DNA from: Amoeboaphelidium protococcarum X5
Taxonomy: Eukaryota; Fungi; Aphelidiomycota
DNA length: 64,000 nucleotides
Direction of reading: 5' to 3'
Assembly (NCBI GenBank): GCA_023515725.1
Contig: JALDTO010000154.1
Span: forward strand, 639,484 to 703,483
Shown here: one piece after another, positions 38,552 to 51,867 of the stretch
Layout: the number at the start of each line of letters is the position of its first letter
Numbering within the stretch: position 1 is the stretch's first letter
Made by a program: the position numbers and the translations under genes
The notes under the pieces: model-generated
The model's input: only the letters and a program-made list of their open reading frames with translations
Database searches by the model: none
Told to the model about the DNA's origin: nothing

Positions 38552-41320
38552 TCAGACCCAAACCTTGCGGCGGGTCAACATCTCCAATATTACTATTGCA
38601 ACAGCGTAAACATCAGCAGCAAAGTATGACACGACTTAGTGGCCATTAGATGCAGAATTGCGAAAATTATGCAGAATCTCAGGTGCTGCATAACTGATAG
38701 ACGCGCCTTTTATTATTCCAGTTTAGAAAGCTTTGACTTTAAGTGACTGCTCATCCACAATTTTTGACAAACCAAAGTCAGTCAGTACCGAGAATATCAT
38801 CCCACTCTGCGCATCATAGTCCAGCAAAGCGTTATCAGGTTTTATATCCAGATGAACGATTCCACTTGAATGCATCATAAAGAGAGCCTGCGAAAGAGTT
38901 TTTATCAGATACAGCACTTGTCGCTTTGTGTACCTATATTGATACGCCATCTTACTTTCTCCATAAATATAATTCCTCATGGAGCCAAGCTCATAGAATT
39001 GCAATAGCAGTCCGGCTGGCTCGTCACTATACGCGTAGATATAAGCAAACCTTGGATCATCTCGGAATCGGTACATTATACTCAACTCCTGAAGGAAGAT
39101 GGCACGCTGGTTGTCTGTCAACATACGAGTACTAGGAGCGATTTACTTGAACAGCACCTTAACACCAGCTGGAACTCTCTGTTGCAGCGATGGATTCAAC
39201 ACCTCGGCAAAGTATATAGAGCCAACGCCACCTTTGGTCAATAATTGGGACGTCCTAAAATCAACGCCACATTATGCTTGCATAAACACCGGGATGGCAA
39301 TAATATTAGACGCTTAAAGTGTTGTCTGTTGCATTTGTGTACCAGGGTAGGCATTAGTGTGAGTATAGCTATAAGTCAAGGTGGAGGTAGTACTATGGTA
39401 CATCGATGGTGAGTCTTTAGGCTTTCTAGCCATTTCACGCCTTCTCCTCTTCATCAAAAAGTATGTAACACCCATTACAATTAGAGCAATAAGAGCGATC
39501 GCGGCGACTGACGCATATGCACCTAACATGCTTAGAGACTAATTTTGACTGGCTTATGTATCGGGAGTAACAGTGGTACTTGACACTCCGCGATAAGAGG
39601 TGCCCTAAATAAGATCAGATCCCCAGGGATTGATAAATCCAATGCCAGAAGTAGTTAAAAGGCTAGTAGTGGGTACAGTCGAGTAGCTATTAGTGAAAGT
39701 TATTAAATCAGACGTGACTTATCCATTCAATACTACGCTTGTGTATGTACTAGTGGCCAACGTAGAAGACGACTCAATCGATAAAGATGACATTGAGGAT
39801 GTACCCATAGATGTGGCATTTGGAGTAATAGTAAAAGGAGTGCTTGTAATCGTTGATGACACAGTGGTAGTGGATGGTGAAGTTGTGCTTTTAGTACTAG
39901 TTGTCGCAATTGCTGTCGTTGTGGTAGAGATTGCAGGTGTAGTCGTTGTCGTCGGAGTTGTAGTAGTAGTCGTCGGAGTTGTTGTTGTTGTAGTAGTTGT
40001 AGTAGTAGTAGTGGTGGTGGTTGGAGTAGTCGTCGACGTAGTAGTAGTCGTAGTTGTAGTAGTGGTGGTCGGAGTGGTGGTGGTTGTAGTGGTTGTCGTT
40101 GTCGAGGTTGTAGTAGTTGTTGTCGTGGTTAATAGATACGATGCCACATATGGCGCCAATGATGTAGTGGGCAGAGTAAAGGCCTTATTCACCAGTAAAA
40201 ATGCGTTTCCATCCAGCAGCAAACTACTGGCACCAACTCCAATAACAGTACGGTCATCGAGCATAGTCAATGATGTGAATATCGCTGGGAGATTGATTCC
40301 AGATGTAAACCCATACGATGCAGAAGAGTAACCTATACTAAAATAGGTACCTTGCTTATTAAAATAGTGCCAATCGCTAGTCCCTTCAGGATTAGAAGTG
40401 CCGACTGTCAATACAAGATTAGAAGCCATATCGACTTAAATATCATATGCTCTATCATAACCTTGAAACCCAGTCTTAAAGAATTAAGTATCCAATGTGC
40501 CATCCAAACCATATTTTACCACAAGAGATTTATATAAATTAGAGGATGACTATGATACCGAACCATAGTTGTAATCACCATTCCAAGTCCCGCCAGCATG
40601 CAAGTAACCACGGTAAAATTTCACAGTGTTAAACTCGGTCAAGACGCCAGTAAAGAGAATTTACTACCATCTCTGAGTGAACACACCAGAAGATGACACC
40701 TCATAACTAGCTATGAATCCTTTGCGCTAACCAGATTACAAGACACTGCCAGCAACAACAAGAGTACGATCATCATAATTCACTGAGGATCGAATAATAT
40801 CATCAGTACCAAGATCAATGATTATGCGATTCAACAGAGTGCCATCAGAGGCGTTAATAGACATAACCTGGCCATCAATACCACCAAAAGTACTTAGAGG
40901 ATCATTTTTAGTTTAACCAGTCACTGTAATAAGATTCTTGGATGCAAATAGCTATATATGCCAACCAATGTTGTCCAACCCCGATGTACCATACGTTTTT
41001 GTCCAAACCACAGTGCCACTATTGAGGAGACGGGTCACATACACGTGGCCATCAACACTATTCCTAACCTGACCAGTCACATATATATCACCGGTTTACT
41101 GATCCAACGCGATCCCATAAGGCCTATCGACACCAGATGCCAGCTGATTAGCTTTCCAGGAAAACTGTCTTGCAATAGCTCCATTGTTAGATATCACCTG
41201 CACCATGCTGTTAAACGTTGTTTTAGCCTAACACACGGCAAAAGCAGTGTTATCACCGACACGAGCCACCACTGAATAACAGTAATAGGCGGTATTGAGC
41301 ACCGTCCGGGTTGTTGACAT
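38552..41320 (-). CDS. Receptor-like Ser/Thr kinase: beta-propeller ectodomain, Thr-rich stalk, TM, C-terminally truncated kinase (true start may lie further upstream)
   Basis: One 922-codon frame: YGIALDQQTGDIYVTG...VVWTKTYGTSGLD repeats, poly-Thr, TM AAIALIALIVMGVTYFLM-KRRRR, KGGVGSIY, HLDIKPDN, DFG, YAAPE, DVYAVAIVILEMLTRRKVWV-TGA. Confidence 0.88.
39880..40130 (-). repeat. ACN-codon low-complexity tract encoding a Thr/Pro mucin-like stalk
   Basis: GTA/GTT/GTC/GTG triplet run on the + strand. Confidence 0.9.
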
Positions 41321-41524
41321 TTCCTAACGTAATCAAATTATTATGGGATGAACGCGACAAGATTAAGCAAAAATTTAATCCTAAATAGGCAGGCACTCTA
41401 TGTTTAGTAGAAAGTAATAAAGAAGTATTGATCAAGTTTACGATAACATTAAAAAGACCTGCCATATAAGTCCGTTTATAAATAGAACATCGAAAAGTTA
41501 CATCTTTACCAATCAGCTTAAACT

Positions 41525-42889
41525 TCACTGTCTTAACAACCGACCAGATGCTCTTTTAAATACAAAATACAGGATGAGAATACCATGCTAGAACACGCTT
41601 TTAAACCCACTACGAGGACTAGTCTCCCACTCCCTATTCACAATGCGGAAGACAATATCACGATATACGTGTCCATCGCAACTAAAGACAATGAGTTTTG
41701 AAGACTATTCGAGTGTCTTGTCGCTATTACCTATTGGCTATGCGCTTTGTGGACAATCAATCAACCTGAATGAGGGCTTTCTGCCACTACCAATGAGATC
41801 CGGGAAGAATATGTTAAACTTATAGCCCTGAATCAACTTTGGCGGGGGATTATCAAACGAGTATTTGGCACGATTATAAGAAGTCCACACGTATCCAGTC
41901 ACCGCTTTACAGTAGTACTCTGGAATCTATAGCTATTCCGAGTCGTGAAGGTCACCCAACTCACGCCAAACGCTTTCACCCAAATCGGACACTTTTAGGT
42001 GAGATAGAATATTCTCTTGATTGTAAGCACTGTGTCTCTACTCTCGACGCAGAAGATTCTTCTTATACGATTCATGTGGTGTTAGAGCCTACTTTTCATG
42101 AACCAGAATCTTGGCAGAGGCATCATCATCTTACTGCTATTATGCTTCCGCCTCTTATGCTTCTCCAGACTTGAGTTGGTACAGCAGGTCAATTTACTTG
42201 GTAGACCGCGATTACTCCACCTAGCCATCATCTTCATAATACTCAATTACGCGTTCCAATGTACGCTCATACTCCATCTCCAGCACTGCTTTAGCCATAA
42301 ATACTTTACATATCTAGGAAACAATAGTCCAATATTGCCTATCATATTCTGAGCGAGGATGAGATTCCATAGACCGCTAGCAATCCTATAATTCAGTTAA
42401 TGACATCTCTGAGAATATTTAATGAACATCCGCCAAGACCAGTTTGGGAATACTGACAAAGGTTTACTGGTCAAATGCAAAGCTTGTAAGATGAATAAAT
42501 TTAACATTATACATTCTCTTGGCATCAGGTCTATTCTCTGTAAATTACAACTTTCGCGCGTAATCTTCCACCAATACTAGAACTTGCTCCCACATGGGGG
42601 CATCTGATGGTTGAAGATAACTCTTGATCTATCGACATTCTTCTACATATAGCTGCATATCCTTGGCATTTTTATACCTATTAATCAGGGTAAATACATC
42701 AACCAGGTAATCATCCACCGTATAGTCTTCAATAGAATTGCCAATAAACATGACGCGTAACAAGTTATCCACCATAGTCGCCCGCCTCTCATCCAGTCTG
42801 AGACGTGCCTTTTCTAATCGCTATCTCAATTCAAATGTATATTAAATATCGCTAGTCTATTAACTAAATGCATACTAAGATTCATTCAT
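41525..42889 (-). CDS. CACTIN: Cactin (spliceosome factor; mid and C-terminal domains)
   Basis: FELRQRLEKARLRLDERRA, DRQYW...FMAKAVL, TGYVWTSYNRAKYSFDNPPPKLIQGYKFNIFFPDLI, YRDIVFRIVNREWE; 454 aa. Confidence 0.9.
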
Positions 42890-43372
42890 TGCAAATTACA
42901 TATCTAATTTAATTTTGACTAAATGATCTTCCAATGATGAGATCTGCGGGATAGCAACACAAAAACCTCTTTAGATTAAGAATGAGCGCAAATCAGCAAA
43001 AGAAACGCGCTAAGAATTGAGTTTCGTCGGGCCTCTGTAAAATGCTCTGCAAATCTGACAGGGCGGGCGATGGTGATCTGACCAAGCATGTGCAGTATAT
43101 TGTGAGCAGCCGATGATAAATAATCGCCCAACCAAGAACGACGGTTTCTAACACACAACGAATCGCGTTTCAGCGTTGTATTCATCACTTTTTCTCGTTA
43201 GTTTCACCACTGGGACACTTGACGGCGTGAGTAAGTAGATTGGTCAGAGTTTGAACATTTGTGAATTTTAAAGTTCAGCATTTCAGTGTCGCTTTGTGTG
43301 TTGATCATTCTGTGTAATATTCTGTTTAGCGTCATATTTTTGTTACTGTAATAGTTTTAAAGTTGTGAAAAG

Positions 43373-44641
43373 ATGGATCAATAATTAATTAGAGATTTAA
43401 CCAAGTTTGTATCTAAATGTTTACAGAAAGAGAAGGAGTATGAAGATGAAGTGGAATAGAATACCAAGAATGGCAAGCGATGGGTAATATAACCTAAAGT
43501 GATGGAGCATCTCAAGACAGAGGCGCGGACTCTAGGCCTATGGAACTTGTTCATTCATAAAAAGTATTCACAGTAGCTGTAGAGACTTGGGATTTCTTAA
43601 AAGTATACTTTAACTCATGAATAATATGCGTAAGTCTGCGAGATTATTGGAAGATCATTTCTCGCTCCAGAAGCCACTAATACGAATGCCCCGGACAGTG
43701 GCAACATTGAGGTACTGCTTAAGTACGCATCTGATAGCTAGAAGTAATAGTACCTAGTTCCATTATTACGTGGTGAGATTAGAAGTGCTTTCGCAATGAC
43801 GGAGCCTCAAGTTGCATCTAGTGACGCGCTGAATATTTCTTGTGCTCTAAGTAGGAAGTTATCGGATGATGGGGACTAGATGGTGTTAAATGGCAGGAAA
43901 TGGTGGATATCCAATGGAGGACATCCCAATCTGCGTGTATTACTAGTTCTCTGCTTGGATTAGACCATATCAAGTGGGGCGGCGAGACATCGCCGTCACA
44001 CCATTGTTCTTATTCCCAAAGATGCTCCCGGTGTCCGCTTCATACGACCAATGTTTGTATTCGGCCATGATGATGCAGTTGAAGGTCATTGGGAGATTGA
44101 ATTTGATAATGTCCCGGTCATGTAGGAAGATGTAATATAAAAATAAGGCGCGGGATTTGAAATCATTCAATCCAGACTTGGCGGTGGTCGAATCCATCAT
44201 TGTATGCGTGCTATCGGAATGGCTGAACGTGCATTGGAGGCAATGATTCTTCGTGCCAATGAACGTGTGGCATTTGGGAAGAAGCTTATCGAGAACGCCG
44301 TAGTAATCCACTAAATAGCCCAGTGTAGAATTTAGATCAACTAAGCTAGATTGTCAGTTCTACACGCTGCATCTCTATTGGATTAGAATGATTTGAAACA
44401 AGTATATGTACATGTGGGCATTATAAAAGCTAGCGTTCCCTTGATTCTGTGTAATGTCATTGATCAGGCTATTCAGATATATGGTGGTATGGGACTATCT
44501 CAAGATACATTTCTGGCCAGAGCTTACGTATTAGCGCGTTCACTTCGCATAGCTGATGGTCCCGATGATGTTCACCTTAATCAAGTTGGAAGAACTGAGA
44601 TTAAGCGTACGTTACTTCGCCTTTAATAGTCTAAATTATGA
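43373..44641 (+). CDS. Acyl-CoA dehydrogenase, ACAD10/11 type, peroxisomal (PTS1)
   Basis: [51 protein letters not shown]; ends RL[TAA][TAG]SKL-TGA. Confidence 0.93.
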
Positions 44642-44834
44642 ATTCTTAATATTTATTGATACTTTATATCATACTTGAGATAAATTTCTACTTTGCCCCT
44701 CACCCACTTTGTAGAAGGAGAAAATTCAATAATCAAAGAATCGACCGTGGGAAGCTTTTTCGTTTGCTTTATTCTTGTTTGGTTTGTTTCTACCATATAG
44801 AAAAGTCACCATCGTAGCTTGAGGTCAAATTAGA

Positions 44835-46364
44835 ATGCTTAAAGTAATTAGATAAAGGAGATACTTGAGTAAAGTGTATGGATCTGCTAGCGAGGCTATT
44901 AGCGATATCAAATCCAAGTAGAAACTTTTAGTTGGTGGATTTGGTCTGTGTGGAATCCCGGAGAATCTTATCAAGGCATTGAATGCTCGCCCAACTGTTA
45001 ATCAGCTCACAGTGGTCTCGAACAATGCTGGAGTAGATGATGCTGGTATTGGATTACTGCTAAAGAAGTAGCAGATCAAGCGAATGATAAGTTCCTATGT
45101 GGGGGAGAATAAAGAGTTTGAGCGGTAGTACTTATCCGGGGAACTTGAAGTTGAATTAATACCGCAAGGTTCACTGGCTGAAAAGTTGAGGTGCGGAGGT
45201 CATGGCATACCGGCATTCTATACAGCTACTGGAGTAGGAACATATATTCATCACGGTAAGGTGCCGATCAAGTATGACGCCAGCGGAAAGGTGATTGAGT
45301 ATAGTTAGGAGCGAGAGAGCCGCTAGTTCAATGGGAAAGAGTACATTATGGAGGATGCCATTAGGGGAGACTTTGCTCTGATTAAAGCATGGAAGGGAGA
45401 TGAAGCTGGAAATCTGGTGTTTAGAGGCTCGGCGCTTAATTTTAATGCAATCTGTGCCAAGGCTTCGGATATATGTATCGCTGAAGTTGAAGAGATTGTA
45501 CCTGTTGGCCAGTTGGATCCGGCAGAAATTCATCTTCCTGGCATCTATGTGCATAGATTGGTGAAGGGCGAGTAGTATGAAAAGAGAATTGAGCGTCTGA
45601 CTCTGAGTGATCCAAGTGGCAAAGTTTCTATCAAGAAGTAGACTATCAAGTCTTCAGGTAAGAATGATGCTGAGAGTAAGAGAATAGCTATTGCCAAAAA
45701 GGCGGCGGAAGAGTTCCAGGATGGCATGTATGTGAACCTGGGCATCGGTCTACCTATGCTTTCATCCAACTTTATCAAAGAAGGCGTTAATGTCGTACTC
45801 TAGTCTGAGAATGGTATACTCGGCTTGGGTAAATATCCTGTGAAAGGGTAGGAAGATGCTGATTTCATAAATGCCGGTAAGGAGACTGTCACTCTGATAC
45901 CAGGTGCATCTCTATTTGGCAGTGATGAAAGTTTCGGCATGATCAGGCGTGGTAGAATAGACTTGACCATCCTGGGAGCCATGCAAGTATCGCAGAATGG
46001 CGATTTGGCTAACTGGATGATTCCACGTAAAATGGTCAAAGGTATTGGTGGTGCTATGGATTTGGTGACGCGTAATGGTCGCACCAAGGTCATTGTTATC
46101 ATGGAGCATGTGGCTAAAAATGGCAGTGCCAAAGTTTTGAAGTAATGCTCACTCCCTCTGACTGGTATCGGATGTATCGACAAGATTATCACGGACATGT
46201 GTGTATTTGAAGTAGATCATAATACTACTAATGGTGATAATGTTGGAAGTAAATTGATCCTGACAGAGATTGCCAGCGGATTGAGTGTAGAAGATGTCAA
46301 GTAAGCTACTGAATGTGATTTCAAAATTGCAGATAATCTTAAAGAATGGTAATAGTCTGAATGA
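44835..46364 (+). CDS. OXCT1: Succinyl-CoA:3-ketoacid CoA transferase (SCOT)
   Basis: [31 protein letters not shown], active-site L[TAG][13 protein letters not shown]. Confidence 0.96.
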
Positions 46365-46561
46365 GTCTTTTATTACTATTATGATTACAGAAATGTTCTC
46401 CTAATTTAATATTCACACTTCAAAATTATTACTCTTGTTATTGACCATTCAAAGTTAAGGGGCTCCTTTAACCGTTCCGTAATCTGTCGCTCAGAGCCTA
46501 GCAATAACACAAGTTCTTCAATAGCGATTATAATAATAAAACAAATTTACCTGCATTTTAA

Positions 46562-46996
46562 ATGGCTATTAGTTCTATAAGATACGTGATTTATCTCCTG
46601 TTGACATTGTACGTTTTGATTTAATTTAAGATGATTGACATTGCATGGGTAAAGTCTTTGATTAATAGTAGTGGCTCTGCGGTTGCATCCAACAGATTGT
46701 GCCTGAACATTGAAGGCTTTAATGGCTGCGGATACTTTAACGCTGCCAAAGCTCTAGGTGAAAAGATCGATTCTACTCCCGCTGCAGATGGTCGTGAGAT
46801 TAAAGTCTACCCGACTGGACATGAACGTGCTCAGTGGACAAGTAAGCGCGTACCTGAACTGCAGAAGTTGATCCCTGGTGCTGGCAGTCATCGCACATCA
46901 CCTTTTGTCTATGAAGGATGCTCATCATTTGAATATAAGTTTGTCGGAGGTTATACTGAATTCTCTAGAATGTATAGCTAGAAAGTTGATAATTGA
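46562..46996 (+). CDS. Membrane-anchored or secreted glutaredoxin-like protein (single-Cys CGYF motif)
   Basis: N-terminal hydrophobic YVIYLLLTLYVLI; GFNGCGYF...HRTSPFV...FVGGYTEF follows the Grx fold pattern; 144 aa. Confidence 0.6.
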
Positions 46997-47106
46997 TTGA
47001 TACTGCAATCAAAGGAGCCTTGATAATGCGCGTTAATATACATAAGGTATTGTGTGAAAGACATTAATAATTATAAGATGTAATACTTTTCAACTCGGAT
47101 GTTCAA

Positions 47107-49464
47107 TCAATCATCCTGGTCGCTCTTGGTCTAACTCTACTTTTACTACTACTACTTCTTATTTTGATCTTTATTACCGCTGTGTCCACTCTCCACTGAA
47201 TCCCTCAATGCGTTAGGCACTTACTTCAGACTATCTTCGTACTGATGCTTCTCTGCAAATGGACGCGGCCCCAGGAGTTCGAACATATCGTCTCTGTTCA
47301 GCACCTCCTTCTACAGCAATCGCTCGGCAACCTTCTCAATGTCACTCTTCTTCTCAGTGAGTAATTACTTCGTCCTTAACAGCGCCTAACTGATCAACTT
47401 GCGTGCCTCTTCATCAATCATGCGACCAGTCTCCTCACTGTATGGTTTCTAAAATCGCTAATCATTGTCTTGAGGATTACCATAGCTAACAGCGCCAACT
47501 TTTTCGTTCATTCCATACGTGACAATCTGAGCATAAGCCATCTTGGTCACTTTGTCTAGGTCATCCTGAGCTCCTGTAGTGACGCTATCAAAGAATATGC
47601 TCTCGCTCACACGTCCTCCTAGAGTCATACACATCCTATCCAGCAATTGATTGGTACTGAGTAGATACTAGTCTTTAGGTAGATATTGAGCGTAACCAAG
47701 CGCTGCCACACCACGAGGTATGATAGACACCTTCAGGAGAGGATCTGCATACTTTAGATACCATCCAGCCACAGCGTGACCAGCCTCGTGATATGCCACA
47801 GTCTTCTTCTCTTCAGGGGATAATACTCTGGATTTCTTCTCCAATCCGGCTATAACTCTCTCTATAGCCTGCTCGAAATGTTTCTCCTCCACATGATCTT
47901 GATTGAATCTGGCAGCAATCAGTGCACTTTCATTACACACATTGGCGATATCAGCTCCACTAAACCCAGCAGTCAACACGGCCAACTTCTGAGATAGAGC
48001 ATCAAGATCAAGGTTAGTCTTGATAGGCTTCAGATGTACTTTAAAAATCTCGGCTCTGCCCTTCACATCCGGCTTATCAATAGTAATATGTCTATCGAAT
48101 CGCCCGGCTCTGGTCAAAGCTGGATCTAGAATATCAGGTCTATTAGTACCAGCCATCACCACCACATGCTCAGAACTGGTGAATCCGTCCATTTCAACCA
48201 GCAGCTGATTCAACGTCGACTCGCGTTCATCATGCGAAGATGCCATATTGCCTTTACCTCTAGCCTTACCAATGGCATCTATCTCATCAATGAAAATGAT
48301 GCATGGGGCCATCTTGCGAGCAGTAGAGAACAGGTCACGAACACGAGAACTACCAACACCGACAAACATCTCGATAAACTCACTTCCACTTACACTCAGA
48401 AATGGAACACCAGCCTCTCCAGCAGTGGCCTTTGCAATCAGAGTTTTACCACAACCAGGACTTCCCGATAATATGGCACCCTTTGGTATTTTGGCACCCA
48501 ATTTCTCATACTTGGCAGGATTCTTCAAAAACTTGACAAACTCCATAATCTCCTCCTTAGCCTCATCCATACCTGCAACATCCTTAAATTTAACTTTGAC
48601 ATCAGTCTCCTAGTTGAACAGACGCGCCTTACTCTTTCCAATTCCAAATATTCCACCACTAGGACCTTTTCCACCTCCAGTCATGCCCATCAGAGATCTG
48701 TTGAAATATATCATTGCTCCAACAAGAATCAACGTAGGAAGTAAAGTATAGACAAGCGATGATGCAGACACGTTGCGCTCATAATAGAGAGGGATACGTT
48801 CTCCATCTGGAATACCCATCTGTGCCTGAATGTTATCAATCTTGTCCTCAAACTTTTCAGGTGATGATATTTCAAACTGATACTTTGGTGTTCGCGTAAT
48901 ACTTTGAGTTCCATTACTAAAAGACACGTTCTTATCGTTGCGGGTGTACACTTTCACTGTGGTATTGTTCACAATGGACAAGTGATCAACCTCTCCCTTG
49001 CGCAGTAGAGAGTTGACAAACTCTTGGAACGTGATCTATTTAGCATTACCACCAGCTGCAGAGCTGAGAAGAAAATATAAACTCGTAGCCAGAAATGCCA
49101 TACCCAATACTGACGCGTTATTAGGAGTCTATGGATCTTGCTGACCAGGTGACTTTTTATCACCTCCACCACCACCAGATTGATTATTCTTCTACTACTA
49201 GCCACCTGCACTCTTCTATTACTAAGATTACTTGTTCTACTATGAATTCTTTCCAGATAAACCAAACCATTGCTCAAACTCCTTTATAAGAGGATCTTTA
49301 TCGGGCTCATTCTTCTGGCTCTTATTACCACTACTACTGTTGTTCCTATGCTACCTCATCAACAATCTCGGCGTGTTGAACGTTCTTCTCCACAGAGAGA
49401 CTCTTTACACGTTCCTAGATGCAGATACAAGCGGCATAAGTCTAAACTATAAAAATGCGCTCAT
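47107..49464 (-). CDS. Mitochondrial m-AAA protease subunit (Afg3/Yta12/AFG3L2)
   Basis: GSPGCGKT Walker [33 protein letters not shown] zinc motif; transit peptide; 785 aa. Confidence 0.96.
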
Positions 49465-49768
49465 GATACGCCTTAAATACTCGATATTATATAGCTAAAC
49501 AAAAATAGCCACGATCAATAAATTAAAGAGTTTAGTTCTGCAAAGAGATGAAGAAAGACGAAAGGATTTCCCAAGTGATGACGTTCTCTCATTGTCGCTC
49601 ACCCGCTGTTGATCGCTCGCTGTTGATCTTTGCTTATGCTTACAAAGGAATAGTTTATTCATTAGTATTCGATTCTATTCTTTTTTGAAAAGATTCAAGA
49701 GTAAATGAGAACGCGCTATGTTGGCATAACTGAACAGTGTATTTATTACTTATATCAAGTCATTTGGT

Positions 49769-51655
49769 TCATTTCAAATTATATGCTGAAAGTCTCTTCT
49801 GACTGATTTCAGTGTCGTTGTTCGCCGATTCTGGTACAGGCTCGCTATCACGAACAACTTTCAAGTGAGATAAATCTTTTGAGCGCTTCTTTTTATCAGA
49901 CTGAGAGCCACCATGAGACTTTTACTATTTCTACTTCTCTTCCAATCGCTCCTGCAATTTTCGCCTAAACTCTTTGACTTTATGCTTGGACTTGCGCTTA
50001 AAGCGACGCTGCCACTAGTAAAATCTCTCATCAGCTCTATATGGGGCCAATTTCTTCAGCGAGACGAAATCATTGAGAATATCATCATCTGCCTCCAATA
50101 TTTCCGATGCATCCAGACCATAAGTGTCCTGATCGACTTGTTTGTACTTAAAACGCGTCTTTAACCCGCCCTTAATGTCTTCATAATACAGATCATCGTA
50201 CTCTTTAAGCAAGTCTCGCAACTTTTAAGTGGCTGAGTCATCTTCACCTTCACCACTGACATTATCTGTACCAGTACTCTCCTGTTCAACATCCAACTTG
50301 CGCTTCTTGTGAGATGAGGCAGCCGGTTAAGAATTCTCCAAATGGTCGGCATCCATGTCAATATCAGACTCATCACTAAAATCTGGTCGCGTCTTGTCAA
50401 CTTGTTCATAGTATTCATCATCAAACACCTCAGACATGAGCTAACTGAACTTATCAGGATTAAATTCAGATTCGCCATCATCCAACAACTTTTCAATCAC
50501 CTTCTACACCTTCTTATCATATCGCTTCTTCTATTCTTTATCAAGGCCAGAAATCTTGAGTACCTGCTGACACATTTCTTCCATCTCTTTACGCTTCAGC
50601 TACTTTAATCTCTTCAGCTCATTTATCTTAAGCTCTTTCTCAATCCTCAGACGCTCCTCTTTCGCACGGCGCTGATCGGCTCTATGACTGTCCACCTTAC
50701 GCACAGACTCTGGTTGCTATCGGGCATAAGTATTCACCAAAGCCTTACCAGTTTGTGTGTACGACGAGCCAACAACTCCCATCTTCTATTCCAACTCTTC
50801 AAATCTGAAGTTGAATTTAGTCTCAAACTCCTCATCCTAATCATCTCTTTCAAAATCCTCCTCGTCCTGTTCAGTAAGCGTAAGATACTTTGGCGTCTAT
50901 CTGCGGTCAGACTTCTCTTACCATCCCTTGTTGAAGACATAATCCAGCAGGAACTGATCATCTTCATCCGCAGCCTTCTTCTCTCCACCACCACTAGCGA
51001 GATAATTATTGAATACTTTCTACGCGTTCTTATCATCCTTGATCTTTGGCAGCACCCAATCATTGTACTGATCATCTTCTTGTTGAGTCTATTCAATAGA
51101 CTTAGGCTTTACTACGAGCAAATCATCTTCAGGATCTTCTACTGCAATTGCCTTAATCAAATTATCTTTAATCTATCTCTACTCTTGTTCATGGGTGATA
51201 ATGACCTATTCAGGACTGTCATCCAATTCACCGTGTAAAAGACGTTCCTTATGGTAATCTGCCAATAACAACGGCTTCTATTAACTAACGGAGGTATCAG
51301 CGTTAGATGCATCAACATTCGCGGCAGACTGAGATTAAAAGAACTGATGAGATGGATCATAAATTGCAGAGTCGCGCGTCCTAATCGCAGCAATAGTCTT
51401 TAATACCTGAGCCTCTTGATCAGCAGTTATTTCCATCGCGTCATCATCTTCATCCTCATCTTCGCTGCTACTATCGTTGCTATCACCATCGCCCAGTTAA
51501 TATTGATCATCTCCGCCGCCGTACTTGTCCTTCAACCTGTGCAATTCCTCTCGCTACTTGTTGTAATTGAATCTCTTGGCATAATCCTCGTTAACATTTA
51601 ATATGGCGCCGTGCTATGAACCAGCGACATCTTCATCCTTATCAAATAACTCCAT
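49769..51655 (-). CDS. KRI1: KRI1 40S biogenesis factor
   Basis: VNEDYAKRFNYNKQREELHRLKDKYG; YEDIKGGLKTRFKYKQV...YGLDASEILEADDDILNDFVSLKKLAPYR; ends KRLSAYNLK. Confidence 0.93.
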
Positions 51656-51867
51656 TTTATTTGTGTTAGATTTCGGGATATCCAAAAATTCAGTTTTGCT
51701 TTATTTTCACTAGTGTGATGATAATAGTAAGGCCTAAGTGAACAGATCAGAAGATTGAATATTCAGGAGACTCGGCATGTTTTCAATGACTGTGAGCTAG
51801 TAAAGGGAAATATCACAATCTTTTTCTAATCAAAAAAAGCTGTTAGAATAATATTGATGATAATATA

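Noticed and set aside
39693-40331. Poly-valine 212-aa ORF
   Set aside because: Antisense of the Thr-rich stalk of the receptor kinase
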